64,000 nucleotides of DNA from Owenia fusiformis (Eukaryota): assembly GCA_903813345.2 (NCBI GenBank), contig CAIIXF020000001.1, positions 5,828,001 through 5,892,000 on the forward strand. Reading direction: 5' to 3'. The notes beneath the pieces are model-generated. The model saw only the letters and a program-made list of their open reading frames with translations, was not told the DNA's origin and searched no databases. The translations under genes were made by a program, and so were the position numbers. Each line of letters opens with the position of its first letter. Position 1 is the first letter of the stretch. Below, piece by piece: positions 63,240-64,000 of the stretch.

Positions 63240-64000
63240 CAGGGTGACCGGAAAAAAAGGAGACCATTGAAATAGGCAATATCTCCTAAAATAGACTAGT
63301 GACATCAATGAAATTTTGCATACATCAGGACAGTTCTATGGAAATTTGTTCCTGAAAGTGTCAATACAAGCAGTCAACTGGTTCAGGAGCTATGATCATT
63401 TAAATAACATGCTCCAAATAGGCGCAATTGAGACCAACGCAGAGCTGGATACATTTGGCAAATACCCTTACATATTCCGACCTTGTTATGGCATTACATT
63501 TAGCATTTATTGCCACCTTTAGGTCAGCAATTGTCTCAGGATTGTTTTGGTACACATTGTCTTTCAAATTGCCCCACAAAAAGAAATCAGGTGGATTCAA
63601 ATTTGAGGTGTATGGAGACGAAGCTTATCTGACCTATGGCTTCTGACTCAGTGGTCCCACTCAGTTACAGTATCATCCTAAGGAGGTTTTGGGCAGCCCT
63701 TGGTTTCCATATTGGATTTAATTGTGCCATATAGTGGTTTTAGTAACATGGCACTATGCCCAATACCTAAAGTGACTCTTAAGATTGGGTAAATCAGCAC
63801 TTTGGCAACAGGATGATGAACCACATGTCAGATAACCCTTCATTGCCATTACAGCCTAGACTTGAATCCTGCTGATTTCTTTTTGTATGGATATTTGAAA
63901 GACAATCTATACCAAAACAATCCTCAGACTATTGTTGACCTAAAGAAGGCAATCACTGCTATATGTAATGCCATAATAATGCCATAGAGGGCAGAACATG
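63240..64000. mobile_element. Decayed Tc1/mariner element with transposase C-terminal fragments on both strands
   Basis: TA-CAGGGTGACC TIR; minus 63400-63600 NPPDFFLWGNLKDNVYQNNPETIADLK; plus ~63853-63975 SLDLNPADFFLYGYLKDNLYQNNPQTIVDLKKAI (SPDLNP.D.FLWG.LK family motif). Confidence 0.8.

Overview
AT-rich, intron-containing metazoan genomic DNA; it looks like a marine invertebrate, but the species cannot be determined from the sequence. There is a 500-N scaffold gap at 60501-61000. Two protein-coding genes are supported, arranged head to head. (1) A minus-strand ERICH3/C1orf173-like gene (ATG 23508, stop 1649) has 18 phase-consistent GT-AG exons and about 1225 aa, plus two candidate cassette exons. 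It runs from the conserved ERICH3 N-terminus through a DUF4590-like domain and a long acidic tract into a C-terminal RNI-type leucine-rich-repeat domain that contains an AKAP-like amphipathic helix. (2) A plus-strand BUD23/WBSCR22-like SAM methyltransferase (29980-30852) has a single coding exon, an N-terminal extension and no BUD23 C-terminal tail. Between the genes lies a 5.2-kb non-autonomous CATG-ended (P-superfamily-like) transposon with a 7-bp TSD, carrying a 14 x ~203-bp satellite with a 4-mer higher-order structure. Nearby are two 25-30-bp TIR-TIR relics with 7-bp TSDs that both keep the same 17-nt end, as expected for P-element excision footprints. The rest of the window is a mosaic of MITEs (Tc1/mariner-, Kolobok-, Mutator-, Harbinger- and Helentron-like), minisatellites, long hairpins and decayed coding remnants. 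All calls come from reading the sequence by eye; no database searches were run.
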